Assembly (NCBI GenBank): GCA_039030515.1
Contig: JBCCEA010000020.1
Location: 11,110 to 75,109, forward strand
Direction: 5' to 3'
Source: Myxococcota bacterium
GTDB lineage: Bacteria > Myxococcota_A > Polyangia > Polyangiales > Houyiibacteriaceae
Length of the DNA: 64,000 nt
Position 1 is the first letter of the stretch; each line of letters starts with the position of its first letter. This document shows positions 54,142 through 64,000 of this stretch, one piece after another. Position numbers and translations under genes: made by a program. Under the pieces are notes generated by a model. It searched no databases, was not told the origin of the DNA, and saw only the letters and a program-made list of their open reading frames with translations.

Positions 54142-54840
54142 TCAATTCGGGCTGTGAGCCGCGTCGACCCACAGCCGAGATGCACGCAGCGCTTCTTGCA
54201 GAGTTCCAAATACGTAAGACGCAGAGGCCAATGCGTCCTTCGAGTACGAACCGGTAGCGACCGCGACACACTCTGCACCGATCGCTTCCGCCGCTGCGAT
54301 ATCCAAGGGGGTGTCGCCGATCACAACCACTCGACAAGACGGGAGCGGGATGTTGAGTTTGCGGGCACCCCTCTCTGCGCCCGCGTGAAGTAGCGCAGCC
54401 CGGTCCTCGGCATCGCTGCCAAACCCGCCGAATTCGAAACGCCGGTCGAGGTCGCCGCGGCGTAGCTTGATACGCGCTCCAGCCTCGATATTGCCGGTGC
54501 CCAGACCTAACGCCGCATCGACCTGAGATTCCAGATACTCGAGCAGTTGAAACACACCCGGTAGGACCTGGTAGCCAGACGATGCGCCAATCTCCTGATC
54601 GAGCGCCTGGAGATACACGTCGAGAACACGCTCCACCTGCAACGCCTCGTATCGATGACGAAAACGCTGCAGCACCTGCCGGCAGATCTTCCAATCGGTC
54701 ATCCCACCGAGATTCATCCCAGCGAGAGCGTCTTCAAAACCCATCACCCGTTCGAAGGCCTGGTTCATGGAGCGCCTTCCTGCGCCTCCGGTGTCGACTA
54801 ATGTTCCGTCAACGTCGAATAAATAAACTGTTGGGGCCAC
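54142..54840 (-). CDS. HAD-family hydrolase
   Basis: FDVDGTL, TGN, GGFGSD, IGDTPLD motifs. Confidence 0.9.
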   Translation of the reverse strand: MAPTVYLFDVDGTLVDTGGAGRRSMNQAFERVMGFEDALAGMNLGGMTDWKICRQVLQRFRHRYEALQVERVLDVYLQALDQEIGASSGYQVLPGVFQLLEYLESQVDAALGLGTGNIEAGARIKLRRGDLDRRFEFGGFGSDAEDRAALLHAGAERGARKLNIPLPSCRVVVIGDTPLDIAAAEAIGAECVAVATGSYSKDALASASYVFGTLQEALRASRLWVDAAHSPN

Positions 54841-55075
54841 GTGGCGGACCGTAGCAGGTCTGAGGTTCGAAGGCTCTTCGTCTTGTTACACGCCACTCCT
54901 CCGGTAATCTCAAACTTTGGGAATCATACCGGAGCTGTCGATATCTACCCGATGAGGATCAGCAACTTGAAACCGACTGCAATCAGTTTGGGGCCTAAAA
55001 CCCACGATTCGCATCGACGCCCTAACCTTGGCGGCGCAATTTGGGTGTATATCTTGTGCTCTCAGGAACATCCGT

Positions 55076-55933
55076 ATGAACAGAAGTAGATTAAGCGCCC
55101 TAGTTTGGATTGGCTCTGCCGTGCTTTTCTCGATCACGACCGCTCCTGTGCACGCAGACGACGCCAATGCGCACTATCGGTTGGCACTATCGCACAAGCG
55201 GGAAGGCCGAGTCGATCAAGCACTCGACGAGGCGAGAATCGCAATTCGCCTGCGGCCCGACTACGTTGCAGCACACCTTACCGTCGGGACGCTACTGCGT
55301 GATCAGGGAAAGCTGGGGCCCGCCTTAGAGGCCTATAGCGCCGCGCGCGAACTCGACCCTGACAACCAGCGAGCCCTTGCTCTGGAGGGCGTCACCCTGA
55401 TGAGACTCGGTCGCTTTGAGGAAGCCATCATTCCGCTAAGTAGGGCGGTCGACCTGGACCGGAGCGACACGACCTCCGCCGCGAATCTGGGATCTGCACT
55501 GCGACAAACCGACCGAGTCAACGAGGCGATCACGGTCATGAGCGCGGGGCTCCACGCAAACCCGACCGATCTAGGGCTCCTCAACAACCTCGCAGTAGCG
55601 CTGCGGGCAGAGCGTCGATATGACGAGGCGGTACTCATGCTACTGGAGGCGATCAACAACCATCCGAGCGAACATCGAGTGCACCTCAACCTTGCGATCA
55701 GTCTTCGGAGTTTGCATCGCTACCGGGAGGCGGTCCCGTACTACAGGCGCGCCATAGAGCTGGGTTCGGATGAGCCGGGGGCCCTCTTCGACCTCGGGGT
55801 GTGCCATGAGCAATTAGGTCAAACCGAGCAGGCTATTGAAACCTACGAGCGCTACGTGACACTCATCGCTGGGCAAGATTCCGCAGCAGCTGAGCGAGGG
55901 CGAAAGTTGATCGAGCAACTTCGGGGAACCTAA
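55076..55933 (+). CDS. Secreted tetratricopeptide repeat protein
   Basis: Signal peptide ending VHA; about seven TPR units (A...LG......G...EA...Y..A....P). Confidence 0.88.
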   Translation: MNRSRLSALVWIGSAVLFSITTAPVHADDANAHYRLALSHKREGRVDQALDEARIAIRLRPDYVAAHLTVGTLLRDQGKLGPALEAYSAARELDPDNQRALALEGVTLMRLGRFEEAIIPLSRAVDLDRSDTTSAANLGSALRQTDRVNEAITVMSAGLHANPTDLGLLNNLAVALRAERRYDEAVLMLLEAINNHPSEHRVHLNLAISLRSLHRYREAVPYYRRAIELGSDEPGALFDLGVCHEQLGQTEQAIETYERYVTLIAGQDSAAAERGRKLIEQLRGT

Positions 55934-56039
55934 GACTCAAAGTGTTTTGGAGACCATCTTCCGCAGAAAGGATCATCGACCTCCTGCACACCTCATATCG
56001 CGTTTGCGCTACCCAGGTACTCGGCTAGGTTCGCGAGTG

Positions 56040-57161
56040 ATGGGTGCAGCTGTTGAACCGAAAGTCCCGAGGGTGCTGCCCGTCGTGTCAAACAACGATG
56101 ACTGGCGATGGCAGGCACAGAACACGATCACCACCTTGGAAGAACTGTCCAAGCACCTGGATCTCACAGAAGCGGAAATCGAGGGCATCGAACGTACCAA
56201 GCACGAAGGACTTCCCTTCTCGGTAACCCCCTACTACCTCTCCCTATGCGACCCAGTCGATCCGAACTGCCCCATTCGTCTTCAGTGCATCCCTCGTTCA
56301 GAGGAGCGCTGCAGCGTCCCCGGAGACCTTCGCGATCCACTTGGCGAGGAAACCAATGAGGTGGCCCCGAATCTAATATGCCGTTACCCCGATCGCGCTT
56401 TGCTGATCGTCACAGATCGCTGCGCAGTGTATTGCCGGTTTTGTACTCGATCACGAATGGTGGGCAACGGAGGCGGTATGAGGTCTCTGCGATCGCTCGA
56501 GCCCGCGTTCGAGTGGCTGCGCAGCAACCCTCAGATTCGCGATGTGATCGTCTCCGGCGGAGATCCGCTGGTGGCACGCACAGAGCGCGTTACGCAGGTA
56601 GTCCGGGAGCTAAACAGGCTAGGGTTGGACACCGTTCGGATCGCGACTCGAACTCCGGTAACCCTTCCTCAGAGGATAGAGCCAGCGCTTGCTAAGTCCC
56701 TGCGCGCCTCTCATCCAAGCGTTTGGATCATGACCCACTTCAATCATCCAAAGGAGCTCACAACTGAATCTACGCAGGCGCTCGACACTTTGATAGACGC
56801 TGGCCTACCGGTGATGAACCAGAGCGTGCTCCTGAAAGGAGTCAATGACCGCGCCGATACTCTAGAAAAGCTTTTTCGCGGACTCGTCAGCCGCCGGGTT
56901 CGACCCTACTATCTGCTCCAGGCAGACCTTGTGCGCGGAACTTCCCATCTACGAACCCCGCTCTCGCAAGGAAGAGGCTTGATGAGCGCACTGGAGGGAC
57001 GGGTGAGCGGCATTGCGCTTCCGAAGTTCATCGTGGACACCCCGAACGGCCGGGGAAAGGTACATGTAGGGCCAAGCAACATTGTGAACGCGCATGACGG
57101 ATGCACCAGCTTACGTACGTTTCGAGGTGAGAACGTAGACTATATGGATCCTCCAGCATAG
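56040..57161 (+). CDS. kamA: KamA-family radical SAM protein (lysine 2,3-aminomutase-like)
   Basis: TPYY, DPLGE, RYPDR, CAVYCRFCTR, SGGDPL, HFNHP.E, NQSVLL.GVND, PYYL, G.GK PLP lysine. Confidence 0.9.
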   Translation: MGAAVEPKVPRVLPVVSNNDDWRWQAQNTITTLEELSKHLDLTEAEIEGIERTKHEGLPFSVTPYYLSLCDPVDPNCPIRLQCIPRSEERCSVPGDLRDPLGEETNEVAPNLICRYPDRALLIVTDRCAVYCRFCTRSRMVGNGGGMRSLRSLEPAFEWLRSNPQIRDVIVSGGDPLVARTERVTQVVRELNRLGLDTVRIATRTPVTLPQRIEPALAKSLRASHPSVWIMTHFNHPKELTTESTQALDTLIDAGLPVMNQSVLLKGVNDRADTLEKLFRGLVSRRVRPYYLLQADLVRGTSHLRTPLSQGRGLMSALEGRVSGIALPKFIVDTPNGRGKVHVGPSNIVNAHDGCTSLRTFRGENVDYMDPPA

Positions 57162-57463
57162 TCATTCCGCGCTCGTGAAGACAAATCCGAATGTTAAAAC
57201 CAACAATCACGTCCCTTGAGAGGCGTTTATCTGAGAACTCTCGCGGTAAGAAAACACGGACAAGAACTTGAACCTCTGCGTACGCAAACAAGCGTCGCGA
57301 TAAAACAAATGCTGCCTGAAAGAATGCCTCGATGGGGGTCAAAGAGAAGAGAAACGACGACGTTTGAATACACTTCTCGGCTTAGTGGCAACCAGAACCG
57401 AAAGAGCAGCACGCAGAATTTTAGCAGTGGATGTGTGTGGGATATAACCACACAGAGGTTGGA

Positions 57464-58195
57464 ATGCAGAACGCGCTTACACTCTATCAAACCACGATAG
57501 GCAAAAAGGTAGTCATGGCCGTTAGCGGCCTCGTCGTATTTGGTTTCGTTATCGGCCACCTGGCTGGCAACCTGAATCTTTACGCAGGACCAACCGCTAT
57601 CAACGATTATGCGGCCTGGCTCAGATCTATGCCAAAGTTGCTTTGGGGAGCCCGGATCGGTTTAATTGTAGCGATTGTGGCCCATATCGTAAGCAGCGTG
57701 CAGCTTGCCAATCGCAATGCAGCGGCACGCAGCGCGCGCTACATGAAAAAGGTTCATAAGAAAGCAAACTACGCATCCAAAACGATGTATTTCAGCGGTC
57801 CAATCTTGCTGCTGTTTGTTCTATATCACTTGGCGCACCTGACGCTTGGTCGCACTCCGGGGTACGAGTTTGACCCTCACAACGTGTACAATAACGTGGT
57901 ACTCGGATTCCAAAACCCATTGATCGCCGCGATATACATCACGGCAAACCTTGCGCTCGGACTTCATCTCTTTCACGGGGCGTGGAGTATGCTTCAGACG
58001 CTGGGCCTTAGTCATCCAAGGTACGACGTCTATCGCCGCCAGTTCGCTTCCGTCATCGCGGCACTGATCACGCTAGGAAACGTTTCGTTTCCCGTCACCG
58101 TGATGGCCGGGCTTGTGCAGCCTACAGATCAATCCTTTTGTTATGAGCATCTTGCCAGGCAACCTGGCGAATGTGGCCCACGGGAGACCCAGTAA
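57464..58195 (+). CDS. sdhC: Succinate dehydrogenase cytochrome b subunit (5-TM type)
   Basis: TIGKK.VMA.SG, HLAGNL, heme-ligand His residues, HLFHG.WS..QTLG. Confidence 0.92.
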   Translation: MQNALTLYQTTIGKKVVMAVSGLVVFGFVIGHLAGNLNLYAGPTAINDYAAWLRSMPKLLWGARIGLIVAIVAHIVSSVQLANRNAAARSARYMKKVHKKANYASKTMYFSGPILLLFVLYHLAHLTLGRTPGYEFDPHNVYNNVVLGFQNPLIAAIYITANLALGLHLFHGAWSMLQTLGLSHPRYDVYRRQFASVIAALITLGNVSFPVTVMAGLVQPTDQSFCYEHLARQPGECGPRETQ

Positions 58196-60171
58196 TGTCC
58201 TTATCGCACGAGAGTACGGAGTTGAATTCCGGGGAGCCTACAGGTCCTATTGAGGGCCTTTGGGATAAGTTTCAGGAAGAGATGCTGTTGGTAAGCCCGG
58301 CCAACAAAAGACAATATAGCGTCATCATGGTCGGCACTGGACTCGCAGGAGCAGCGGGAGCGGCAACGCTGGGGGAGCTTGGGTATCAGGTAAAGGCCTT
58401 TTGCTATCAGGACAGCCCCAGAAGAGCACACAGCATCGCGGCTCAAGGTGGAATCAACGGAGCGAAGAACTACCAAAACGACGGTGACAGCATCTATCGT
58501 TTGTTTTACGACACCGTCAAAGGTGGTGATTTTCGCAGCCGAGAGTCCAACGTATATCGCCTAGCGGAGTTGAGCGTAGAGATCATCGACCAAGCCGTAG
58601 CTCAGGGTGTACCGTTTGCCCGCGAGTACGGAGGATTGCTGGACAACCGGAGTTTCGGAGGAGCGCAAGTATCGAGAACCTTTTACGCGCGAGGACAAAC
58701 AGGACAGCAACTTTTGCTCGGTGCTTATCAAGCACTAGCAAGGCAAATAGACGCCGGAACAGTTGAGATGCATTCGCGCACTGAGATGCTCGATCTGATC
58801 GTAGTAAACGACCGAGCCCGAGGAATCGTCACCCGCAACCTAGTGGACGGAACCGTAGAGGCGCACCTAGCCGATTGCGTAGTACTCGCGACGGGCGGAT
58901 ACGGAAACGCATTTTACTTATCGACGAACGCGAAAGGCTGCAACGCGACTGCAACGTGGCGCTCTCATCGACGCGGCGCACTGTTCGCCAATCCATGTTT
59001 TACGCAAATCCATCCTACATGCATTCCGCAAGCTGGGGCCTTTCAAAGCAAACTCACACTCATGAGCGAATCGTTGCGGAACGACGGGCGAGTTTGGGTG
59101 CCCAAGAATCGAGACGATATTTCGAAAGACCCAGTCTCAATTCCGGACGCAGAACGCTACTATTATCTAGAGGAACGCTATCCGAGCTTCGGCAATCTCG
59201 TCCCCAGAGACGTTGCAAGCCGCGCGGCAAAAACCGTTTGCGACGATGGGTTTGGAGTTGGACCGGATGTCGAAGGGTCTAGGCGAGCTGTCTATTTGGA
59301 TTTCTCCGACGCTATCGGCAGACTTGGCGAAGAAAAAATCTCTGAGCGCTACGGAAATCTCTTCGATATGTACCAAAGGATTACCGGAGATAACCCGTAC
59401 AAGACACCGATGCGCATCTATCCGGCCAGTCATTACACGATGGGCGGTCTTTGGGTCGACTACAGTCTGATGACGACCGTTGATGGCCTCTTTGCCACCG
59501 GCGAAGCCAACTTCAGCGATCACGGTGCCAATCGACTCGGAGCCAGCGCATTGATGCAGGGGCTCGCCGACGGCTATTTCGTCACTGCCTATGCCGTGGG
59601 CAACTATTTGGCACGCAAAGGACCTTCAAAGTTGAGCATGTCGAATCCGGAGGTAAAACACACTCTGGATGTCGTCAACTCTCGGATAAAGCGCCTTCTC
59701 TCAGCGCCCGATCCAAAACACACTCCGGATTACTTTCACCGTAAGATAGGCGCTATCATCTGGGAGCAGTGTGGCATGAGCCGGAGTGGTGCAGGCCTAA
59801 AGCAAGCGCTCGAGGAGATTCCTAAACTTCGAGAGCAGTTCTGGCGTGAAGTAAGCGTCCCCGGCTCAGGTAGTGCCTTTAACCAAACGCTGGAAAAGGC
59901 AGGGCGGGTCAGTGACTTTATGGAGCTAGGCGAGCTGATGTGCCTGGATGCACTCGACCGAGATGAATCCTGTGGAGCACATTTTCGGGAAGAACATCAA
60001 ACCGAAGACGGAGAAGCTAAGCGCAACGACGAAGAGTTCAGCTACGCCGCTGCCTGGGGTTTTAAAGGTAGTCCAGATGATCCCTGTACGTCAGATATGC
60101 CAACTCACGAACTATTCAAAGAACATCTTGAATTCGACTACGTCAAACCCTCGATGCGTAGTTACAAATAG
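58195..60171 (+). CDS. sdhA: Succinate dehydrogenase/fumarate reductase flavoprotein subunit
   Basis: [57 protein letters not shown] overlap with sdhC. Confidence 0.95.
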   Translation: MSLSHESTELNSGEPTGPIEGLWDKFQEEMLLVSPANKRQYSVIMVGTGLAGAAGAATLGELGYQVKAFCYQDSPRRAHSIAAQGGINGAKNYQNDGDSIYRLFYDTVKGGDFRSRESNVYRLAELSVEIIDQAVAQGVPFAREYGGLLDNRSFGGAQVSRTFYARGQTGQQLLLGAYQALARQIDAGTVEMHSRTEMLDLIVVNDRARGIVTRNLVDGTVEAHLADCVVLATGGYGNAFYLSTNAKGCNATATWRSHRRGALFANPCFTQIHPTCIPQAGAFQSKLTLMSESLRNDGRVWVPKNRDDISKDPVSIPDAERYYYLEERYPSFGNLVPRDVASRAAKTVCDDGFGVGPDVEGSRRAVYLDFSDAIGRLGEEKISERYGNLFDMYQRITGDNPYKTPMRIYPASHYTMGGLWVDYSLMTTVDGLFATGEANFSDHGANRLGASALMQGLADGYFVTAYAVGNYLARKGPSKLSMSNPEVKHTLDVVNSRIKRLLSAPDPKHTPDYFHRKIGAIIWEQCGMSRSGAGLKQALEEIPKLREQFWREVSVPGSGSAFNQTLEKAGRVSDFMELGELMCLDALDRDESCGAHFREEHQTEDGEAKRNDEEFSYAAAWGFKGSPDDPCTSDMPTHELFKEHLEFDYVKPSMRSYK

Positions 60172-60214
60172 ATCGATGACCAAGTAGATCGATGACAATG
60201 CGCGGAGCAAATCA

Positions 60215-61009
60215 ATGCGGAAATTGAATCTTAAACTTCACGTTTGGAGGCAAAACGGCCCAGATGACGGTGGCTCGTTTCAGACACTTGACGCCGAAAA
60301 CATCAGTGACCACGCCTCGTTTCTTGAGATGCTGGATGTCGTCAACGAGAAGCTCGTCGAAGAGGGGAAGGACCCTATCGCATTCGATCACGATTGCCGA
60401 GAAGGCATCTGCGGCTCCTGTGGCATGGTGATCAATGGACAAGCACATGGTCCCCAGAAGGCTACAACCGCTTGCCAACTTCATATGCGTCAGTTCGAAA
60501 GCGGTGATGAACTGTGGATTGAACCCTGGCGTGCGAACGCCTTTCCGATCGTGAAGGACCTGGTCGTAGACCGTTCTGCGTTTGACCGAATCGTGCAGGC
60601 TGGAGGGTACATCTCAATTCGTACCGGCAGTGCGCCAGATGCAAATGAGATACCGGTCGGAAAGACTCATGCAGACGCCGCCTTCGACGCGGCCGCCTGT
60701 ATCGGTTGTGGCGCATGTGTTGCTGCCTGTCCCAATGCTTCCTCTAGTCTTTTTGTGTCGGCGAAAGTCGCCCATCTTGGTGTTCTACCCCAAGGCCAGC
60801 CGGAACGTTTTGATCGTGTCCGAAAGATGGTGTCACAGATGGACGCTGAGGGATTCGGTAGCTGCACGAATCATCGCGAGTGTGAGGCAGCCTGCCCAAA
60901 GGAGATCCGGGTAGATTACATCGCGCGTATGAACCGAGACTTCGTCTCGGCAACACTCAGGGCACCGAACGAAGTGGCGCAACGAAAAGCACCTTCAACT
61001 CAAAGATAA
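60215..61009 (+). CDS. sdhB: Succinate dehydrogenase iron-sulfur subunit
   Basis: [23 protein letters not shown].....C...CP clusters. Confidence 0.95.
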   Translation: MRKLNLKLHVWRQNGPDDGGSFQTLDAENISDHASFLEMLDVVNEKLVEEGKDPIAFDHDCREGICGSCGMVINGQAHGPQKATTACQLHMRQFESGDELWIEPWRANAFPIVKDLVVDRSAFDRIVQAGGYISIRTGSAPDANEIPVGKTHADAAFDAAACIGCGACVAACPNASSSLFVSAKVAHLGVLPQGQPERFDRVRKMVSQMDAEGFGSCTNHRECEAACPKEIRVDYIARMNRDFVSATLRAPNEVAQRKAPSTQR

Positions 61010-61132
61010 CGTAAAGTTACGAGCAAAAGAGAATAGTCCGATCCGAAAAGACCTAGGTTTGGTTGGACTGCACGGCCGATTCAGTTCAAGAATCGCATGA
61101 GTCTTCGTCGTGAACTTCGGAGTGGCTGACTC

Positions 61133-61927
61133 ATGAGCTCTAACGACATATTCGAGACAGAGTCGATTGCCCTTTGTATTTCTAGGCAACTACGCCCTGA
61201 AGTGAATCTTTCCGAGTGTGTGGCGGCTCTAGATTCTCTAAGTGCTCCGTTGGTAGGCTTCGTCAATAAAGAACAGACTCCAAAATACCAGGCTGAGTTA
61301 ATAAGAGACCTTCTGTATCGAGAAAACGGATACTCGGGCAACGAATCCGATTACTACGATCCTATGAATAGTTTTCTGGATGTTGTGGTTGAGCGCAAAC
61401 GCGGAATTCCCATCACCCTGTGCCTCATTTACATGTCGGTCGGGGCTCGTTTGGGCATGAATGTAGCCGGAATTGGCTTTCCCGGTCATTTTCTAGCTCA
61501 GGTCGGAGGTCCGGACGGTGTGTTCATCGACCCTTTCAACCAGGGTAAAGTGCTGACGTCTCAGGACGTTACCGAACTCTTTCGTGACGTTATGGGTTTT
61601 ACGGGACGCGTACCCTCAACGTTCTTGAAACCGGTGGGAGCGCAAGCGGTAGCGGTAAGAATCTTAGCAAACCTCAAAAACGCATACAGCCGACGTGGCG
61701 ACCAAGCCCGAGCTATGGTGGCCTGCGATAAACTCGTTGAGTTGACGGGCATGCCTGAACATCGACGAGACCGCGGCCTCTTGGCTCTGACACTAGGCTC
61801 TTATCACAGTGCGAGAGAAGATCTTCAAGCATATTTGCAGGCAAAACCCGACGCGAAAGATCTAGAAAAGATACGTAAGGCCGTCCAACGAGCGCACAAC
61901 CTCTCTTCATCGGCAATACTAAACTAA
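61133..61927 (+). CDS. SirB1-family protein (transglutaminase-like core + TPR)
   Basis: GN..DYYDP.NS.L..V..RKRGIPITL, FPGHFL, IDPF..G, RDRGL. Confidence 0.9.
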   Translation: MSSNDIFETESIALCISRQLRPEVNLSECVAALDSLSAPLVGFVNKEQTPKYQAELIRDLLYRENGYSGNESDYYDPMNSFLDVVVERKRGIPITLCLIYMSVGARLGMNVAGIGFPGHFLAQVGGPDGVFIDPFNQGKVLTSQDVTELFRDVMGFTGRVPSTFLKPVGAQAVAVRILANLKNAYSRRGDQARAMVACDKLVELTGMPEHRRDRGLLALTLGSYHSAREDLQAYLQAKPDAKDLEKIRKAVQRAHNLSSSAILN

Positions 61928-62017
61928 ACAGTAGGCACGCTGTCTCAGTACGCACCACGATTCCTATCAGTTGATCACGTTGCTGCGGAAGCTCCGTTCC
62001 TCTACGCTGCTCAAACC

Positions 62018-62587
62018 ATGAAGCTTATTGCCGCGCTCGCATGTTTTTTATGCATCGGCTGCGCTCCAAATCTTCCAACCCGATACGTTTTCGAACACGA
62101 TATCGGTGACTTCACGTATCGGAGGTATCAGCGTGTAACAGACGTCGAGTTTGAGATCTCTGATAACAATTCAGTAAGGCATGTAGCCTCCTATACAAAG
62201 TATGACAACGGGCAACTCAAAGCGATCACGGCTCTCGTAACCGTCTATCAAAAATCTGACTCTCTTGCTGCAGATATTTATGATCAAATACAAACTCTTG
62301 CGGGCTATGAAGTCCACAGTAGGAGAATCTTCCGAAACTGGGTTTGGTACTTGAACTCACCGGACGACCATTGGATCCTTTGGATCAATGAGAACCATGT
62401 GGTGAGAGTTGGGTCTCGCGAGCAAATTTCAGATAGTGTTCTACGTCGTTACCTGAGAACCTATCCTAGCGATCTCACGAAGCCAAATACTGACAACGCG
62501 GAGACATGGATCTTAGACTACAATCATTTAGGTTCTACTCCTATCGAAAGAGTGAATCCCGATAACGCTCAAGAGAAAAAACGATGA
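62018..62587 (+). CDS. Hypothetical lipoprotein
   Basis: Lipobox CIGC; ATGA overlap with hisC. Confidence 0.7.
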   Translation: MKLIAALACFLCIGCAPNLPTRYVFEHDIGDFTYRRYQRVTDVEFEISDNNSVRHVASYTKYDNGQLKAITALVTVYQKSDSLAADIYDQIQTLAGYEVHSRRIFRNWVWYLNSPDDHWILWINENHVVRVGSREQISDSVLRRYLRTYPSDLTKPNTDNAETWILDYNHLGSTPIERVNPDNAQEKKR

Positions 62588-63678
62588 GCAAGCCACCTTT
62601 AGGTCTTTGCCACGAAACGTTACTCGAATTAAAATCTTACCGTCCGAAACAAACCACGAAAATAAAACTGGATGCTAACGAGAGTCCTTTCGACTTGGGT
62701 GCGGGTATTAAGTCTCAGATACTAGGCAGCTTGAGTAATGTCGACTTCCATCGTTACCCTGATCCACAAGCTCTGGAACTTCGAGAGCGACTGGCGGACA
62801 CCTTTGGTGGTTCCTTCGAGGAATACGTTGTCGGCTGCGGCTCCGACGAAATCATTGCACTACTGATGCTCACGCTGGGACGCACTCGATCCGGCCTGAG
62901 CCAAGCCGCAGTGATGTATCCAACGCCAACATTCGTCATGTACCGACATAGCGCTCAAGCACACGGACTTCTACCAATAGAAGTGCCTCTGCTCGACGAT
63001 TGGTCAGTCGAACCAGATGGATTCGTATCTGCAATACGCAGGCACCGCCCTAATCTTATCTTCCTGGCGTCGCCCAACAACCCAACAGGAAGAAAGTTCA
63101 GTGAAGCTGAGTTAGACGCCATACTTTCCGCAACCGACGAAGATATGCTCGTAGTGATCGACGAGGCCTATGGCGCTTTTGCTGAGAGAAAGCATATTTA
63201 CAGAGAAAGCGCACGCATCGGCTGGATGGGAACGCTATCTAAGGTTGGACTTGCGGCCATACGTGTCGGCTGGATCCGACTGAACCGCAATCTTGCAAAC
63301 GAAGTCGACAAAGCCCGACAGCCTTTCAACTTAAACTCACTTTCACAAAAAGTTGCATCTCTTGCTCTCGGAATATGCCGTGATGAACTGATGTCACAGA
63401 TCACGTCAGTTGTTGAAGAACGGGGAAGAATGACCCATGAGCTCAGTAGTCTTGGATTTTCAGTATTTCCTTCGGAAGCAAACTTTCTACTCGTTCGATG
63501 CGGGATCGGAACTGGAGTTGATCTTGACGCAAGAACCATAGAGGCATCGCTCCGAAAAGAATTTGGTATCGGAGTGCGTGTATTTAATGAATCTAGACTA
63601 CAGAAAGATCTACGCATTACGGTCGGTACGTCTACGGAAAACGATCAACTCCTCTCAGCACTGCAGTCGATTCTATAG
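62584..63678 (+). CDS. hisC: Histidinol-phosphate aminotransferase
   Basis: KLDANE.P, RYPD, GSDEII, SPNNPTG, DEAY, TLSK.GLA..RVG, ANF, RITVG. Confidence 0.92.
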   Translation: MSKPPLGLCHETLLELKSYRPKQTTKIKLDANESPFDLGAGIKSQILGSLSNVDFHRYPDPQALELRERLADTFGGSFEEYVVGCGSDEIIALLMLTLGRTRSGLSQAAVMYPTPTFVMYRHSAQAHGLLPIEVPLLDDWSVEPDGFVSAIRRHRPNLIFLASPNNPTGRKFSEAELDAILSATDEDMLVVIDEAYGAFAERKHIYRESARIGWMGTLSKVGLAAIRVGWIRLNRNLANEVDKARQPFNLNSLSQKVASLALGICRDELMSQITSVVEERGRMTHELSSLGFSVFPSEANFLLVRCGIGTGVDLDARTIEASLRKEFGIGVRVFNESRLQKDLRITVGTSTENDQLLSALQSIL

Positions 63679-63841
63679 ACAACGTGTAGCTTCCCGAACA
63701 ATGCTATAAGCAACGCATAGCTTGCCGGATCATTATTTCTATCGCTCGAAATAGTGTCGATTTCGAGACACAATCCTCGCCTCGACTTTATAAGTCCCCG
63801 TCTATCGGCCCCTCCCCATAGCTAACCGGATACTCCCAACA

Positions 63842-64000
63842 CCGGACCAGGTACGGTGCTGCAGCCACATCGCTGTATACGTCCAGCTGCACTGCAGCCT
63901 CAAACCGGACCAGGTACGGCGCTGCAGCTTCTTCCCGCGCCTGACCAGGTACGATGCTGCAGCCTGCTCACGCCTCTCCCCACGCCTGACCAGGCACGGC
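63842..64000. repeat. Irregular repeat array, consensus GACCAGGTACGGTGCTGCAGCC, truncated by the window end
   Basis: GACCAGG starts at 63845, 63908, 63943 and 63988, with a degenerate unit near 63881. Confidence 0.8.

Noticed and set aside
56040..57161. KamA gene as pyrrolysine biosynthesis (PylB), or as an EF-P modification system together with the DHS-like gene
   Set aside because: Motifs are those of the PLP-dependent KamA family, not PylB; no efp, epmA or pyl genes are adjacent, and the DHS-like gene is about 27 kb away

Overview
A 64-kb gene-dense chromosomal segment of a high-GC bacterium. It is most likely Myxococcota (Polyangiales/Sandaracinaceae-like), inferred from a DUF2330 protein with a MYXO-CTERM tail, Cys-rich lipoproteins and myxobacteria-type hypotheticals. 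Housekeeping genes include a stand-alone fusA paralog, dapB, queA-tgt, menB, nhaA, the methylmalonyl-CoA mutase operon (small subunit, scpA, meaB), a KamA radical SAM enzyme, sdhCAB and hisC. Envelope and accessory genes include spondin and fibrinogen-like lipoproteins, an RND pump apparently co-transcribed with a Btu/Fec-type ABC importer, two PAS histidine kinases with a receiver, a MepA-like endopeptidase, a large NlpC/P60 fusion, a diheme cytochrome lipoprotein and a MinD/FlhG-PilZ fusion. I saw no rRNA, tRNA, CRISPR array or transposase. Most notable: (1) a dispersed ~95-125 nt non-coding hairpin family at 25.7-26.05 kb and 40.37-40.6 kb with covarying outer stems, strand-specific G.T wobbles and a ladder of tandem GA/GA mismatches whose number changes compensatorily between loci; (2) a single in-frame TAG inside an otherwise intact scpA; (3) recurrent 15-18 bp tandem duplications, including in-frame expansions in the same loop of two crotonase-fold enzymes; (4) a decaying tandem paralog with a near-identical 3' end; (5) a GC drop and an irregular repeat array at the right end.
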